This document shows, piece after piece, positions 38,819 to 47,881 of a stretch of DNA of 64,000 nucleotides. Location of the stretch: positions 1 through 64,000 of the IMG/VR virus record IMGVR_UViG_3300048121_001678; one strand, given 5' to 3'. A program made the translations under genes and the position numbers. Positions within the stretch are counted from its first letter, which is position 1. Each line of letters opens with the position of its first letter. Under the pieces are notes generated by a model. It was not told where the DNA came from and made no database searches. It was given only the letters and a program-made list of their open reading frames with translations.

Positions 38819-41800
38819 TATATTTTATTTTTTAAATAAGTAATATCTTTATCAATATCATCAATCAATATCTGTTGTTCTTTAACCGCTTCAACTAAGT
38901 AAGCATTTAATAAAGAATAGTGTATACCTAAATAACCTTCTTTATTTCTAAAGACCACCTCAGGTATAATCTTATCAATCTCTTGTGCAATAATACCTAT
39001 TGAGTGTAATTTATCACGTTCTTTAAGGTACTCGTACATTGGTAAAGTCATGTTCCAATCATACTCCTTTAGTTCAATTTTTAATAACTTATCTAAAGAA
39101 CCAACAAGAGTATTAATTTCTTTTTTCAACCTTATATCTGATGGTGGAGGTGTCGGTCCATTAAAACAGTCTGGTTCTTGTGCAGCCACAAAACAAATAC
39201 TTAAATCAACAAGGTAAATTTCAATAGTACCAGGGTTGTTAATAAATACTATACCACCACGACAACCAGTGTTGTCACAGTTTTCACATCCTGAATCAGT
39301 CAAAAATGTACAATTCATGTTCCAACTCGAACAGTCGGGAGAATAGAAAGTTTGTAAGTTAGGTTCATCACAAATTGCGTCAGGGATATCACAATTGAAA
39401 TAGGTTTGAATTGCATTACAACCACCACCTGGTCCTGGAGGGCCAATGTCACCATTAGACCCTCTATATCCTTTAGGTCCTACACCACCTTGGTTACCTC
39501 TATTTCCTTTGTAAGTAATACCAATATTACCTTTTTGTCCCTTTTCCCCTATTGGTCCTTTTGGTGATGAACCTGTTGAACCTTGTGGTCCTTGATTTCC
39601 TCTAAAACCTTTATATCCTTGAGGACCTTTTATCCCTTTATTACCTTTTGGTCCTGGATTCGCATTACCTTTTGGTCCTTTGTCGTTAGATGTCGGGCCA
39701 GTTGAACCTATACCTCCTCTAGCTCCTTGTCCTCCCGGAGGACCATCAGGTCCATCAGCACCCGTGTCACCTCTGAAACCTTTATCACCAATATAACCTT
39801 TTGGCCCTTTAGCTCCCTTATCTCCGACACCGCCAGTGTTACCTCTGTTACCTGTTGCACCTTTATAACCTTTTGGTCCTTTATCTCCATCAGGTGCGGT
39901 TGGACCCTTGTTACCTTTTGGCCCTTTGTCGTTAGATGTTGGTCCTGTTGAACCACCATCACCAGTATCTATACCGCCTTTATATCCTTTAACACCTTTA
40001 ACACCTACCGGTCCTGTTGAACCACCTGGTCCTGGGTTAGGTGCACTTACGGGACCTAAAGAACCTTGTGGTCCTCTAACCCCTTGTGACCCTCTTGGTC
40101 CTTGTACCTTTGGTCCTTTATCTCCTGTAGGTCCTTGTGGTGACGCGCCTGGTGCACCTCTATTACCTTTAGGTGAAGCACCCTGTGGTCCTTTGGCACC
40201 TCTGAAACCTTTTTCACCAACAAAACCTTTTGGTCCTTTCGAACCTTGGTCACCAACACCACCTTGTGGTCCTCTGTTACCTGTAGCACCTTTATAACCT
40301 TTTGGTCCTTTAGGTCCATCAGGTGCGGTAAAACCTTTATAACCTTTCGGTCCTTTGTCGTTAGATGTCGGACCAGTTGAACCACCATCACCAATGTCGA
40401 CACCACCTTTATAACCTTTAACACCCTTAGTTCCCGTTGGCCCTGTTGAACCACCTGGTCCTGGATTGTTAGCACCTGTTGGCCCTGTTGAACCCGTACC
40501 AGCCCTATCACCCTGTGGACCAACTGGTGAATCACCTGTTGAACCTTGCGGACCAGTTGGTGACGTACCCGTAGAACCTCCCGGTCCTTGAGGTGAGTTA
40601 CCTTGTGGTCCTTTATTACCCGCAGTCCCTTTAAAACCTTTTAACCCTTTTGGTCCGTCAGCACCTTGGAATCCTTTTGGTCCTTTTGGTCCTGTAGGTG
40701 CAATATATCCTTTATTACCTTTTGGACCTGTAGGTGCAGTGTATCCTTTATCACCTGTTGGTCCTGTTTCCCCTGGGTCACCTTGTGGTCCAGGATTGGC
40801 ATATCCTTTTGGTCCTTTTGGTCCTGGATTACCGAAACCTTTTGGTCCTTTTGGTCCAGGATTATTACCACCTGTTGGTCCTGTTGAACCTCCACCACCT
40901 GTATTACCTCTTGGTCCTTGTGGTGAAGAACCAGTTGCTCCTCTATTACCTTTTGGTGATGAGCCTTGTGTTCCTTTGTTACCTTGTGGCGAGTTACCCT
41001 GTGGTCCTTTAGTACCTTTAGTACCTTTATTACCTTTATTACCTTTTGGTCCGTCAGCACCCGTAGCACCTCTATTACCTTTTGGCCCATCAGGTCCTGT
41101 AGTACCTTTTTGTCCTTTTTGTCCATCAGGTGCGATTGGACCCTTAATACCTTTTGGTCCTTTATCTCCTCCAGGTCCTTGTGGTCCTTGGTTACTATCA
41201 CCTGTTGAACCCCCTGGTCCTTGTGTTGACGCACCTGTTGGCCCTTGTGGACCTTGATTACTATCACCTGTCCCACCTTGGTTTCCTTGACTACCCTGTG
41301 AACCTTGTGGTCCTTGTGGTGACGCACCTGTTGAACCACCTGGTCCTTGCGGTGACGCTCCTGTTGAACCATTTCCACCTTTTTGAGAATTACCTTGAAC
41401 CCCTTTGGAGCCAGTTCCACCTTTAAATCCTTTAACCCCTTTAGCACCTTGGGAACCTTTGTTACCTTTATTACCTTTTGAACCAGCAGGTGCTGTTGGC
41501 CCTTTTAAACCTTTATCACCTAACCCACCCTTTTGTCCTTTTTGTCCCGTAGGACCTGTTGAACCACCGGGTCCTTGTGGGCCAGGATTGGCTTGACCTT
41601 TTTGACCTTTAGGTCCTGGATTGGCTTGACCTTTTTGACCTTTCGGTCCAGGATTATTTGAACCTGTTGGTCCTGTTGAACCACCAACACCCGTATTCCC
41701 TTGTGAACCTTGTGGTGAAGAACCTGTTGTACCTCTATTACCTTGAGGCGAGTTACCTTGTGGTCCTTTGGCACCTTGTGGTGAGTTACCTTGTGGTCCT

Positions 41801-43677
41801 TTATTACCTTTTGTACCCTTTTCACCAATAATACCTTTAGGTCCCGTATTACCTTTTTGACCTTTATTACCTTTTGACCCTACTGAACCTTTTACACCTT
41901 TATTACCTTTTGGTCCATCGTTACCTTTCTGACCTTTCTGACCTGGCTCACCAAAAGGTGCCGTCGGTCCTTTATCACCACCTGGACCAATTAAACCAAC
42001 GGGTCCTTGTGGACCTTGATTGGTATCACCTTTAATACCTTTTTGTCCAACATTAGAATCACCTAATTGTCCTTTTGGACCTGGATTTGCATCACCTTGA
42101 CCACCTTGTACTCCCTGTGTTGAATCGCCAACACCACCTTGAGTTCCTTGACCACCTTGTACTCCCTGAGGACCTTGTGGTGATGCCCCTGTTGAACCCT
42201 GAGGACCTTGTGGTGAATTACCTATAACCCCTTTATTACCTTGAGGGGAGTTACCCTGAGTCCCTTTAATTCCTTTTATACCTTTGGCACCTTTAAACCC
42301 TTTGGGTCCAACTGCACCTTTTACACCTTTTACACCAATTAAACCCTTGACACCTTTTTGTCCTTTTTCTCCAGCCTCACCATCAGGTGCAATAGGACCT
42401 TTAATACCTTTAGTACCTTTTTGTCCTTTCTCCCCCGTAGGTCCTTTAGGTCCAGGATTGTTATCACCAACAGGTCCTCGACCACCTTGAGTCTGCTCAC
42501 CTTTTTGGCCTTTGTCACCAGGTATATCTTCACTAGTAGGACCTGTAGAACCTTGGAAATTATCCCCAACAATCCCAACGTTACCCTGAGAACCTTTTAC
42601 ACCTTTACTACCTGTAATACCTTTTGGTGAACTACCTTGACTACCTTGACTACCTTTAGGGTTATTACCTTTCTGACCCTTTTCACCCAATTCGGTTTCA
42701 CCTTTCTGTCCTTTAAGACCTTTCTCACCTGTATCTCCGATATTTCCTGACTGAAACTGTTCAAAACTACCATTAACCATCACATCTGTAGATGTAATGG
42801 AATTAGTTAACGTAACACCATCTAAGAAGTTACCACCATTACTACTAGTTGTTGAACTAAATGTTAATACTAAACTACTATCTGTAGGTGTGAATGTGTG
42901 TGTATTTACTGTCCATTGGCTATTTGATGCAGTATAGTTACCTAAGTTAATATTTGTTGAACCACCAATAATAGTGACATTCATTATATTATCAAAAGAT
43001 GACCTACCTCTATGTGCAAAAGAAAGCACATACTCTTGACCCGAAACTACTGTAACTGTTTGTTGTAAGGCGTGTTTTTGTGATACTCTTGAATTGATTT
43101 CGGCAAAATAACTACCTGAATATGAAGGGACGTTTGAAAATCCACTAGCCCAAATTTCCACTACATTATCTGATGCAGTTGGGTCCCAACCTGGAATACA
43201 GTCTTCATAGAACCATGTAAACGTTGTTGGTGGTGGTGGACACGAACCTCCGAAACCATCTTCACCTTTATCACCTTTTTGACCTTTTACATTTTCACCT
43301 ACAGGACCTAAAATACCTTTTACACCCTTAGCACCTTTATAACCTTTATCACCTTTTACCTGATTGGTACCTTTTTCACCTTTAGGTCCTAAATCCCCTT
43401 TAATATTAGTGTCATTACCTATCCAATCACCAGCACTGTCTATTGTACTTGCTAATTTAAAATCAATGTCATCGACAAAATCAATATCACCCTTAACATT
43501 AAAGTTAAGTGTATCCGCGTCTATTTTTACTATCTCGTCACCCTGTGTTTTTCCTGAAAATACTAAAGAACCATCACTTTCTACGTTCATACGTATTTCA
43601 TCACCACTACTATTTGTGAAAAGAATATACGGGTTACCCCCTGAAGGGTTAGGTACAATTTTTATGTTCTTAGCCAT
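38818..43677 (-). CDS. Collagen-like tail fibre 3 with DUF642/CBM-like insert, Cys-rich tip and S74 chaperone
   Basis: Gly-X-Y stalk; beta-sandwich insert (IPGW...VEIW...FAEIN...LQQTV...LSFAHRGR...FLDGV); Cys-rich segment; PPSDIRLKKE S74 motif. Confidence 0.9.
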   Translation of the reverse strand: MAKNIKIVPNPSGGNPYILFTNSSGDEIRMNVESDGSLVFSGKTQGDEIVKIDADTLNFNVKGDIDFVDDIDFKLASTIDSAGDWIGNDTNIKGDLGPKGEKGTNQVKGDKGYKGAKGVKGILGPVGENVKGQKGDKGEDGFGGSCPPPPTTFTWFYEDCIPGWDPTASDNVVEIWASGFSNVPSYSGSYFAEINSRVSQKHALQQTVTVVSGQEYVLSFAHRGRSSFDNIMNVTIIGGSTNINLGNYTASNSQWTVNTHTFTPTDSSLVLTFSSTTSSNGGNFLDGVTLTNSITSTDVMVNGSFEQFQSGNIGDTGEKGLKGQKGETELGEKGQKGNNPKGSQGSQGSSPKGITGSKGVKGSQGNVGIVGDNFQGSTGPTSEDIPGDKGQKGEQTQGGRGPVGDNNPGPKGPTGEKGQKGTKGIKGPIAPDGEAGEKGQKGVKGLIGVKGVKGAVGPKGFKGAKGIKGIKGTQGNSPQGNKGVIGNSPQGPQGSTGASPQGPQGVQGGQGTQGGVGDSTQGVQGGQGDANPGPKGQLGDSNVGQKGIKGDTNQGPQGPVGLIGPGGDKGPTAPFGEPGQKGQKGNDGPKGNKGVKGSVGSKGNKGQKGNTGPKGIIGEKGTKGNKGPQGNSPQGAKGPQGNSPQGNRGTTGSSPQGSQGNTGVGGSTGPTGSNNPGPKGQKGQANPGPKGQKGQANPGPQGPGGSTGPTGQKGQKGGLGDKGLKGPTAPAGSKGNKGNKGSQGAKGVKGFKGGTGSKGVQGNSQKGGNGSTGASPQGPGGSTGASPQGPQGSQGSQGNQGGTGDSNQGPQGPTGASTQGPGGSTGDSNQGPQGPGGDKGPKGIKGPIAPDGQKGQKGTTGPDGPKGNRGATGADGPKGNKGNKGTKGTKGPQGNSPQGNKGTQGSSPKGNRGATGSSPQGPRGNTGGGGSTGPTGGNNPGPKGPKGFGNPGPKGPKGYANPGPQGDPGETGPTGDKGYTAPTGPKGNKGYIAPTGPKGPKGFQGADGPKGLKGFKGTAGNKGPQGNSPQGPGGSTGTSPTGPQGSTGDSPVGPQGDRAGTGSTGPTGANNPGPGGSTGPTGTKGVKGYKGGVDIGDGGSTGPTSNDKGPKGYKGFTAPDGPKGPKGYKGATGNRGPQGGVGDQGSKGPKGFVGEKGFRGAKGPQGASPKGNRGAPGASPQGPTGDKGPKVQGPRGSQGVRGPQGSLGPVSAPNPGPGGSTGPVGVKGVKGYKGGIDTGDGGSTGPTSNDKGPKGNKGPTAPDGDKGPKGYKGATGNRGNTGGVGDKGAKGPKGYIGDKGFRGDTGADGPDGPPGGQGARGGIGSTGPTSNDKGPKGNANPGPKGNKGIKGPQGYKGFRGNQGPQGSTGSSPKGPIGEKGQKGNIGITYKGNRGNQGGVGPKGYRGSNGDIGPPGPGGGCNAIQTYFNCDIPDAICDEPNLQTFYSPDCSSWNMNCTFLTDSGCENCDNTGCRGGIVFINNPGTIEIYLVDLSICFVAAQEPDCFNGPTPPPSDIRLKKEINTLVGSLDKLLKIELKEYDWNMTLPMYEYLKERDKLHSIGIIAQEIDKIIPEVVFRNKEGYLGIHYSLLNAYLVEAVKEQQILIDDIDKDITYLKNKI

Positions 43678-43806
43678 TAAATGTTAAAATATATAGGTTT
43701 ATAGTAATAAATATTACAGAATCAATTTCTTAACAATAAATACATGTCAAGTCTTTAAGATGTGATTTAATTTTAATATAATTTCATAAAATAAGTTTAA
43801 GAAAAT

Positions 43807-44523
43807 ATGCAAGAAAAAAAACTAACTTTTGATTACGATATTTGTAATCAAATGGCTAACATAATAATAAACGAACATCAAAGGTTAGACTCGAAAGTAA
43901 AAACCACCATTTGGGTAACATGGGTGGATAGATTTTTTGTACTTAATGGGTTCACCACATTAACAAATGTATTCGATGTTTCATTATTAATTAATAATAA
44001 AATGAGTAAATCATACGATAATTGGACACCACTAAATTTTGTGGACCTTATTAGATATGGTGAATTTGACGAAGAAAAGGAAGAAGGTATACCCAAACAC
44101 ATATATAACATTTCAATAGTTCAACATTTCTTTAATGACCCATTCTCACCTGTAAGAGCAGAAGAATTAAAACCATTTCAAAGACCCTGGATATCTGATG
44201 ACTATTACGGACAATCCTTTGAAGTTAAAAAGTATAAGTTTCTTGCTATGAAAATTGCAAATCATATCTTCTCAGCAAATTATACCAATAAAATAAGATT
44301 GATATCTTTTAATAATGATAACATATACGTAAATATAGAAGATGGTACTGTCAGTGAAGAATTCGTCAACAATGTTGTAGACGCTTGCTTCGGTGGAAGG
44401 ATTGATGAAGAAATCCAAAAGATGGATTTATTAAACTTTGACTTTCAAAATGTATTAGTCGATAATGTCGGAACTTATCCATGGAAGGTCAAAGACCACA
44501 TGAAAGACTTTATGATGATATAA
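43807..44523 (+). CDS. Highly divergent S-adenosylmethionine synthetase (MetK)-like protein
   Basis: DICNQMANIIINEH..LD..VKT..WV....FVLNG.TT...DV resembles the MetK N-domain and YPWKVKD resembles its C-terminal PWE..D; catalytic motifs are absent. Confidence 0.45.
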   Translation: MQEKKLTFDYDICNQMANIIINEHQRLDSKVKTTIWVTWVDRFFVLNGFTTLTNVFDVSLLINNKMSKSYDNWTPLNFVDLIRYGEFDEEKEEGIPKHIYNISIVQHFFNDPFSPVRAEELKPFQRPWISDDYYGQSFEVKKYKFLAMKIANHIFSANYTNKIRLISFNNDNIYVNIEDGTVSEEFVNNVVDACFGGRIDEEIQKMDLLNFDFQNVLVDNVGTYPWKVKDHMKDFMMI

Positions 44524-44552
44524 AAAGAAAGGGGACCGAAGTCCCCTTTTTT
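44523..44552. terminator. Bidirectional intrinsic terminator
   Basis: aaaggggac-cgaa-gtccccttttttt between convergent genes. Confidence 0.85.
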
Positions 44553-44830
44553 TATAAGAATTGTTTTACTTTTTCCAACGCTTCGTGGATGTCATCAAAA
44601 TCCCTGTCGGGCGCCATCAACTTCACATCGTTAACCTGTTCACCCTCATGTTCAATCAACATAAAAGCAGGAATAAATTCATTACCTGTTGCCTCTACAA
44701 ATATGTCATACTCTTTTTCATACTCATCAATATCTCTTTCAGTGTAATCCACATTAGATTCTTTAAGTAAATCCTTTATCTCATCGCAAAAAGGACAACC
44801 GTTCATTGAGTATAATATAACCGTTTTCAT
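44552..44830 (-). CDS. Glutaredoxin
   Basis: LYSMNGCPFC active site. Confidence 0.85.
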   Translation of the reverse strand: MKTVILYSMNGCPFCDEIKDLLKESNVDYTERDIDEYEKEYDIFVEATGNEFIPAFMLIEHEGEQVNDVKLMAPDRDFDDIHEALEKVKQFL

Positions 44831-45147
44831 TATAGAATAGAATTTTTTAATTCATTAAGTTGTGCTTCTTGTAACACACCCATTTTAGTTGATACTACCT
44901 TACCATCTGAAATCGCCTTAATTGTTGGGATAGAACGTACCCCCATCTCAACAGCTAAATCTTTATCAGACTCAATATCAAATTTATAAACATTAATTTC
45001 AGAACCCTCATCTTTTAGTTTCTGAGCGTATCTCTCAACGATAGGCCCCAATACACGACAAGGTCCACACCATTCAGCATACATGTCAACGATGAACTTC
45101 TCACCACTTTCCATTTTTTCTCTTAATTCTCTCGAAGTAATTACCAT
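44830..45147 (-). CDS. trxA: Thioredoxin
   Basis: DMYAEWCGPC and VRSIPT motifs. Confidence 0.93.
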   Translation of the reverse strand: MVITSRELREKMESGEKFIVDMYAEWCGPCRVLGPIVERYAQKLKDEGSEINVYKFDIESDKDLAVEMGVRSIPTIKAISDGKVVSTKMGVLQEAQLNELKNSIL

Positions 45148-45479
45148 TTTATTTTAATCTTTTGTTTTTTTATTCCGTTAATAAAGAATAGAATACCATC
45201 TCTACCTTTCTCATTAGTCATACATACCAACCAATACGTAGTTTCGTCTTCATTTCTCTTATAGTAAATATAAGAAGAACCAGGACTAAACTCAATAAGT
45301 CCTTCATATCTCTCTATATTCTCATCAATAAAACTGTTTCCCCAAATTTCCTTATTACCCTTATTCAATAAAGACATAACAACATCCTGTGGATACCATC
45401 CCGATTGAATGAGAGAGGGGTAAACACCAACTCTCTCCTCAACTAACTCTATAATCTTATCTGATAACTTTGTTTCCAT
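45141..45479 (-). CDS. Hypothetical protein
   Basis: 112-aa ORF coupled between the glutamine synthetase and thioredoxin genes. Confidence 0.65.
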   Translation of the reverse strand: METKLSDKIIELVEERVGVYPSLIQSGWYPQDVVMSLLNKGNKEIWGNSFIDENIERYEGLIEFSPGSSYIYYKRNEDETTYWLVCMTNEKGRDGILFFINGIKKQKIKIKW

Positions 45480-45481
45480 TA

Positions 45482-46612
45482 TTAAACTTCTCTTTCTATA
45501 GGTTCAGTCATAATCATGTCTTTGACTTCATCGCTAACCTCTACCTCACTATACATATTATGTAAAGTTCTACCCAAATTTTCAGAAATTTCAATTGACT
45601 CAGCAATAATATAAGTAATACGATAAGGGTCAGCATTGGATGCCGGTCTCCTATCCTCAACATACCCATTCCACCCTTTAGATGTTTCTAAAGGAATACG
45701 AATCGATGCCCCTCTGTCAGAAACACCCCATGTGAATTTTTCAATTGATTGTGTCTCATGGTCACCAGTTAGTCTCATATTATTAGATGAACCATAACAT
45801 TTAATATGTTCAATATGACGTGACTCAAATGTCTTAAATAGTGTATTGAAATATTCCTTACCACCATTATCCCTCATCTCAACATTAGAGAAGTTACAAT
45901 GCAATCCAGAACCATTCCAATCACCCTGTACAGGTTTAGGGTGGAGTTCAATGTTAAATCCGTAATCCTCAGACATCTGCATCAATATATATCGAGACAC
46001 CCATAGGTCATCAGCCGACTTTAACTTACCTTTACCGAAAACTTGGTATTCCCATTGACCTAACATCACCTCAGCATTAGTACCAGTAATATCAATACCT
46101 GCCATGATACAATTTTCCATGTGTTGTTCCACAAATTCACGACCGTGAACCTGTCCATTACCAACCCCACAATAATACTTACCCTGAGGTTCAGGGTACC
46201 CATTCGTTGGGAAACCTAATGGTTTACCATCCTTCATAATTGTATACTCTTGCTCAAAACCAAACCATAAACCTTCTTCTTCCTCACCAATTAATTGGCG
46301 TGTGTTTGTATCGTGAGGCATACCATCAGCAGTCATTACCTCACACATAACCAAGTAAGAATCCAACATACCTTTATTAATTGGGTTTGGATATAACCTT
46401 ACTGGTTTCAAAATACAATCCGAAAAGTGTCCCTCAGCCTGCATCGTTGATGAACCATCAAAACCCCACTCGGGGCAATCTTCTAATCCTACACCGTGAA
46501 CTCTCTTTCCATTAACCTCATGTACGGGTGCACTTACTACCTTTACTTTACTACGTAGATTTGGTTCAGGGTTGTAACCGTCTAACCAAATATATTCTAA
46601 TTTAATTTTCAT
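45482..46612 (-). CDS. glnII: Glutamine synthetase type II
   Basis: LEYIWLDG, WGFDGSST, WFGFEQEY, YYCGVG, NAEVMLGQWEYQ, DWNGSGLHCNFS, RLTGDHET, RGASIRIP and EDRRPASNADPY. Confidence 0.95.
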   Translation of the reverse strand: MKIKLEYIWLDGYNPEPNLRSKVKVVSAPVHEVNGKRVHGVGLEDCPEWGFDGSSTMQAEGHFSDCILKPVRLYPNPINKGMLDSYLVMCEVMTADGMPHDTNTRQLIGEEEEGLWFGFEQEYTIMKDGKPLGFPTNGYPEPQGKYYCGVGNGQVHGREFVEQHMENCIMAGIDITGTNAEVMLGQWEYQVFGKGKLKSADDLWVSRYILMQMSEDYGFNIELHPKPVQGDWNGSGLHCNFSNVEMRDNGGKEYFNTLFKTFESRHIEHIKCYGSSNNMRLTGDHETQSIEKFTWGVSDRGASIRIPLETSKGWNGYVEDRRPASNADPYRITYIIAESIEISENLGRTLHNMYSEVEVSDEVKDMIMTEPIEREV

Positions 46613-46700
46613 GTATTATAATCTATTCTCTTTTAATTATAGGGGGTGTTTCTATATTTTAAATAAAAAAAGGGGTATTACCCCCTTATTTTTTTAACAA

Positions 46701-47282
46701 TTACCCTTGATAATCCTCAATAGGTTCACCATCGGTATCAATCAAGTCATGACATTCACGTAACATCTCTTGTTGACGTTCGTATAACGACTCCATGAAT
46801 TCCATTTGAACATTATCATAATCCTCATCTTCCCAGTCCTTATCAACTGTCGGGTCTTCCATCTCATCATCTTCTTCAACCCAAATACATGGTGTTCCAT
46901 CCACGTCTTTTTTGATTACAATCGCACCAATCGGGTCATACCCCTCATCTTCATATTGTACTTCAATAAATACATTAGGGTCCATCTCCACCAACATATT
47001 GTAAAGGTGAATGAAGAATTGTGTAGGTGGATACCATGCAGATGTTAGTGTGAAACTACCATCACCTGTGATATCCTCCATGTATGTCCATTTAGGACCC
47101 ATCTTATCTGATGCCCATGAATACATAACACCACCACTTTCACCTAATTCTACATCATCGTAGAATGTTTGCGCAAATGTGGTAATCTCACCATCATTTG
47201 CTTTGTCTAATAACCCATCAAGATGTTTGATGGTCTCTTCGTTTGCATGGACTTCAACCATGCTTTTCATATAATTTGCCAT
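46701..47282 (-). CDS. DUF1281/YubB-like ferredoxin-fold protein
   Basis: MGPKW...FTLTSAWYPPT...QYEDEG pattern. Confidence 0.55.
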   Translation of the reverse strand: MANYMKSMVEVHANEETIKHLDGLLDKANDGEITTFAQTFYDDVELGESGGVMYSWASDKMGPKWTYMEDITGDGSFTLTSAWYPPTQFFIHLYNMLVEMDPNVFIEVQYEDEGYDPIGAIVIKKDVDGTPCIWVEEDDEMEDPTVDKDWEDEDYDNVQMEFMESLYERQQEMLRECHDLIDTDGEPIEDYQG

Positions 47283-47286
47283 GTCT

Positions 47287-47484
47287 TTATTCTTCTATTA
47301 ATTCAGGCCACTCGGTGTCCTCTAATACTTTATCGTTAGTTAATTCGAATTCAAGTTCATCCATGAGTTCTTCTTGAATATCCTCATCATCCGATTCCCA
47401 AAGTTTTACTTGGTCCTCTGTTAATTCTTCTGTGTCTTCCCAACGAACTGTTGTGATAATCACTTTTCTTCTTAGTTTTGCCAT
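47287..47484 (-). CDS. Small acidic hypothetical protein
   Basis: 65-aa ORF. Confidence 0.65.
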   Translation of the reverse strand: MAKLRRKVIITTVRWEDTEELTEDQVKLWESDDEDIQEELMDELEFELTNDKVLEDTEWPELIEE

Positions 47485-47494
47485 ATCTTATTTA

Positions 47495-47869
47495 TTAATA
47501 TTCGTATTCTCCGTATGCTAATGGTTGGAAACCACCTGTCTTTGTCCACTCCTCATTTGGTACACCCACTTGAAGTGATTCATCACATCCCTTAGTACGA
47601 GAATCGAAGAACTCATTCTCAACATAAGCCTCTTCCATACATAATTCATATACTGCATCCTCACCATAAACTTCTTTATTAGTTTCGTTCTCATAGAATT
47701 CGTACTCATTCCACACTTCGTTTTGTAGATAGTTTACCAATTCTTGTTCTGATTCACCTTCGTATGGTGGTTCGCATTTACGAAGTGCTTCTACATTTAC
47801 CTCAATAGGTTCACTTGCAGATGAGATTGTCCAAGTCTCAATTTTACGGACATAAATTTTTTCACTCAT
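47495..47869 (-). CDS. Acidic hypothetical protein
   Basis: 124-aa ORF. Confidence 0.7.
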   Translation of the reverse strand: MSEKIYVRKIETWTISSASEPIEVNVEALRKCEPPYEGESEQELVNYLQNEVWNEYEFYENETNKEVYGEDAVYELCMEEAYVENEFFDSRTKGCDESLQVGVPNEEWTKTGGFQPLAYGEYEY

Positions 47870-47881
47870 TGTTTTTATCCA

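Larger units (their letters stand above)
30970..43400 (-). repeat. Shared collagen super-repeat (~130 aa unit) across the three fibre genes
   Basis: Recurrent GNSPQ/GSSPQ/GQANP/GPTAP blocks; identical 53-nt segment at 33237-33289 and 36761-36813. Confidence 0.85.

Noticed and set aside
31147-42630. Dozens of ORFs in alternative frames and on the opposite strand within the collagen genes
   Set aside because: They are shadows of the repetitive Gly-X-Y codon pattern (Pro/Leu- or Val/Lys/Gln-rich), with no independent start context.
30629-43677. Repeats as a possible CRISPR array or DGR template/variable pair
   Set aside because: The repeats are in-frame coding units without unique spacers or adenine-specific variation, and no cas or reverse transcriptase gene is present.
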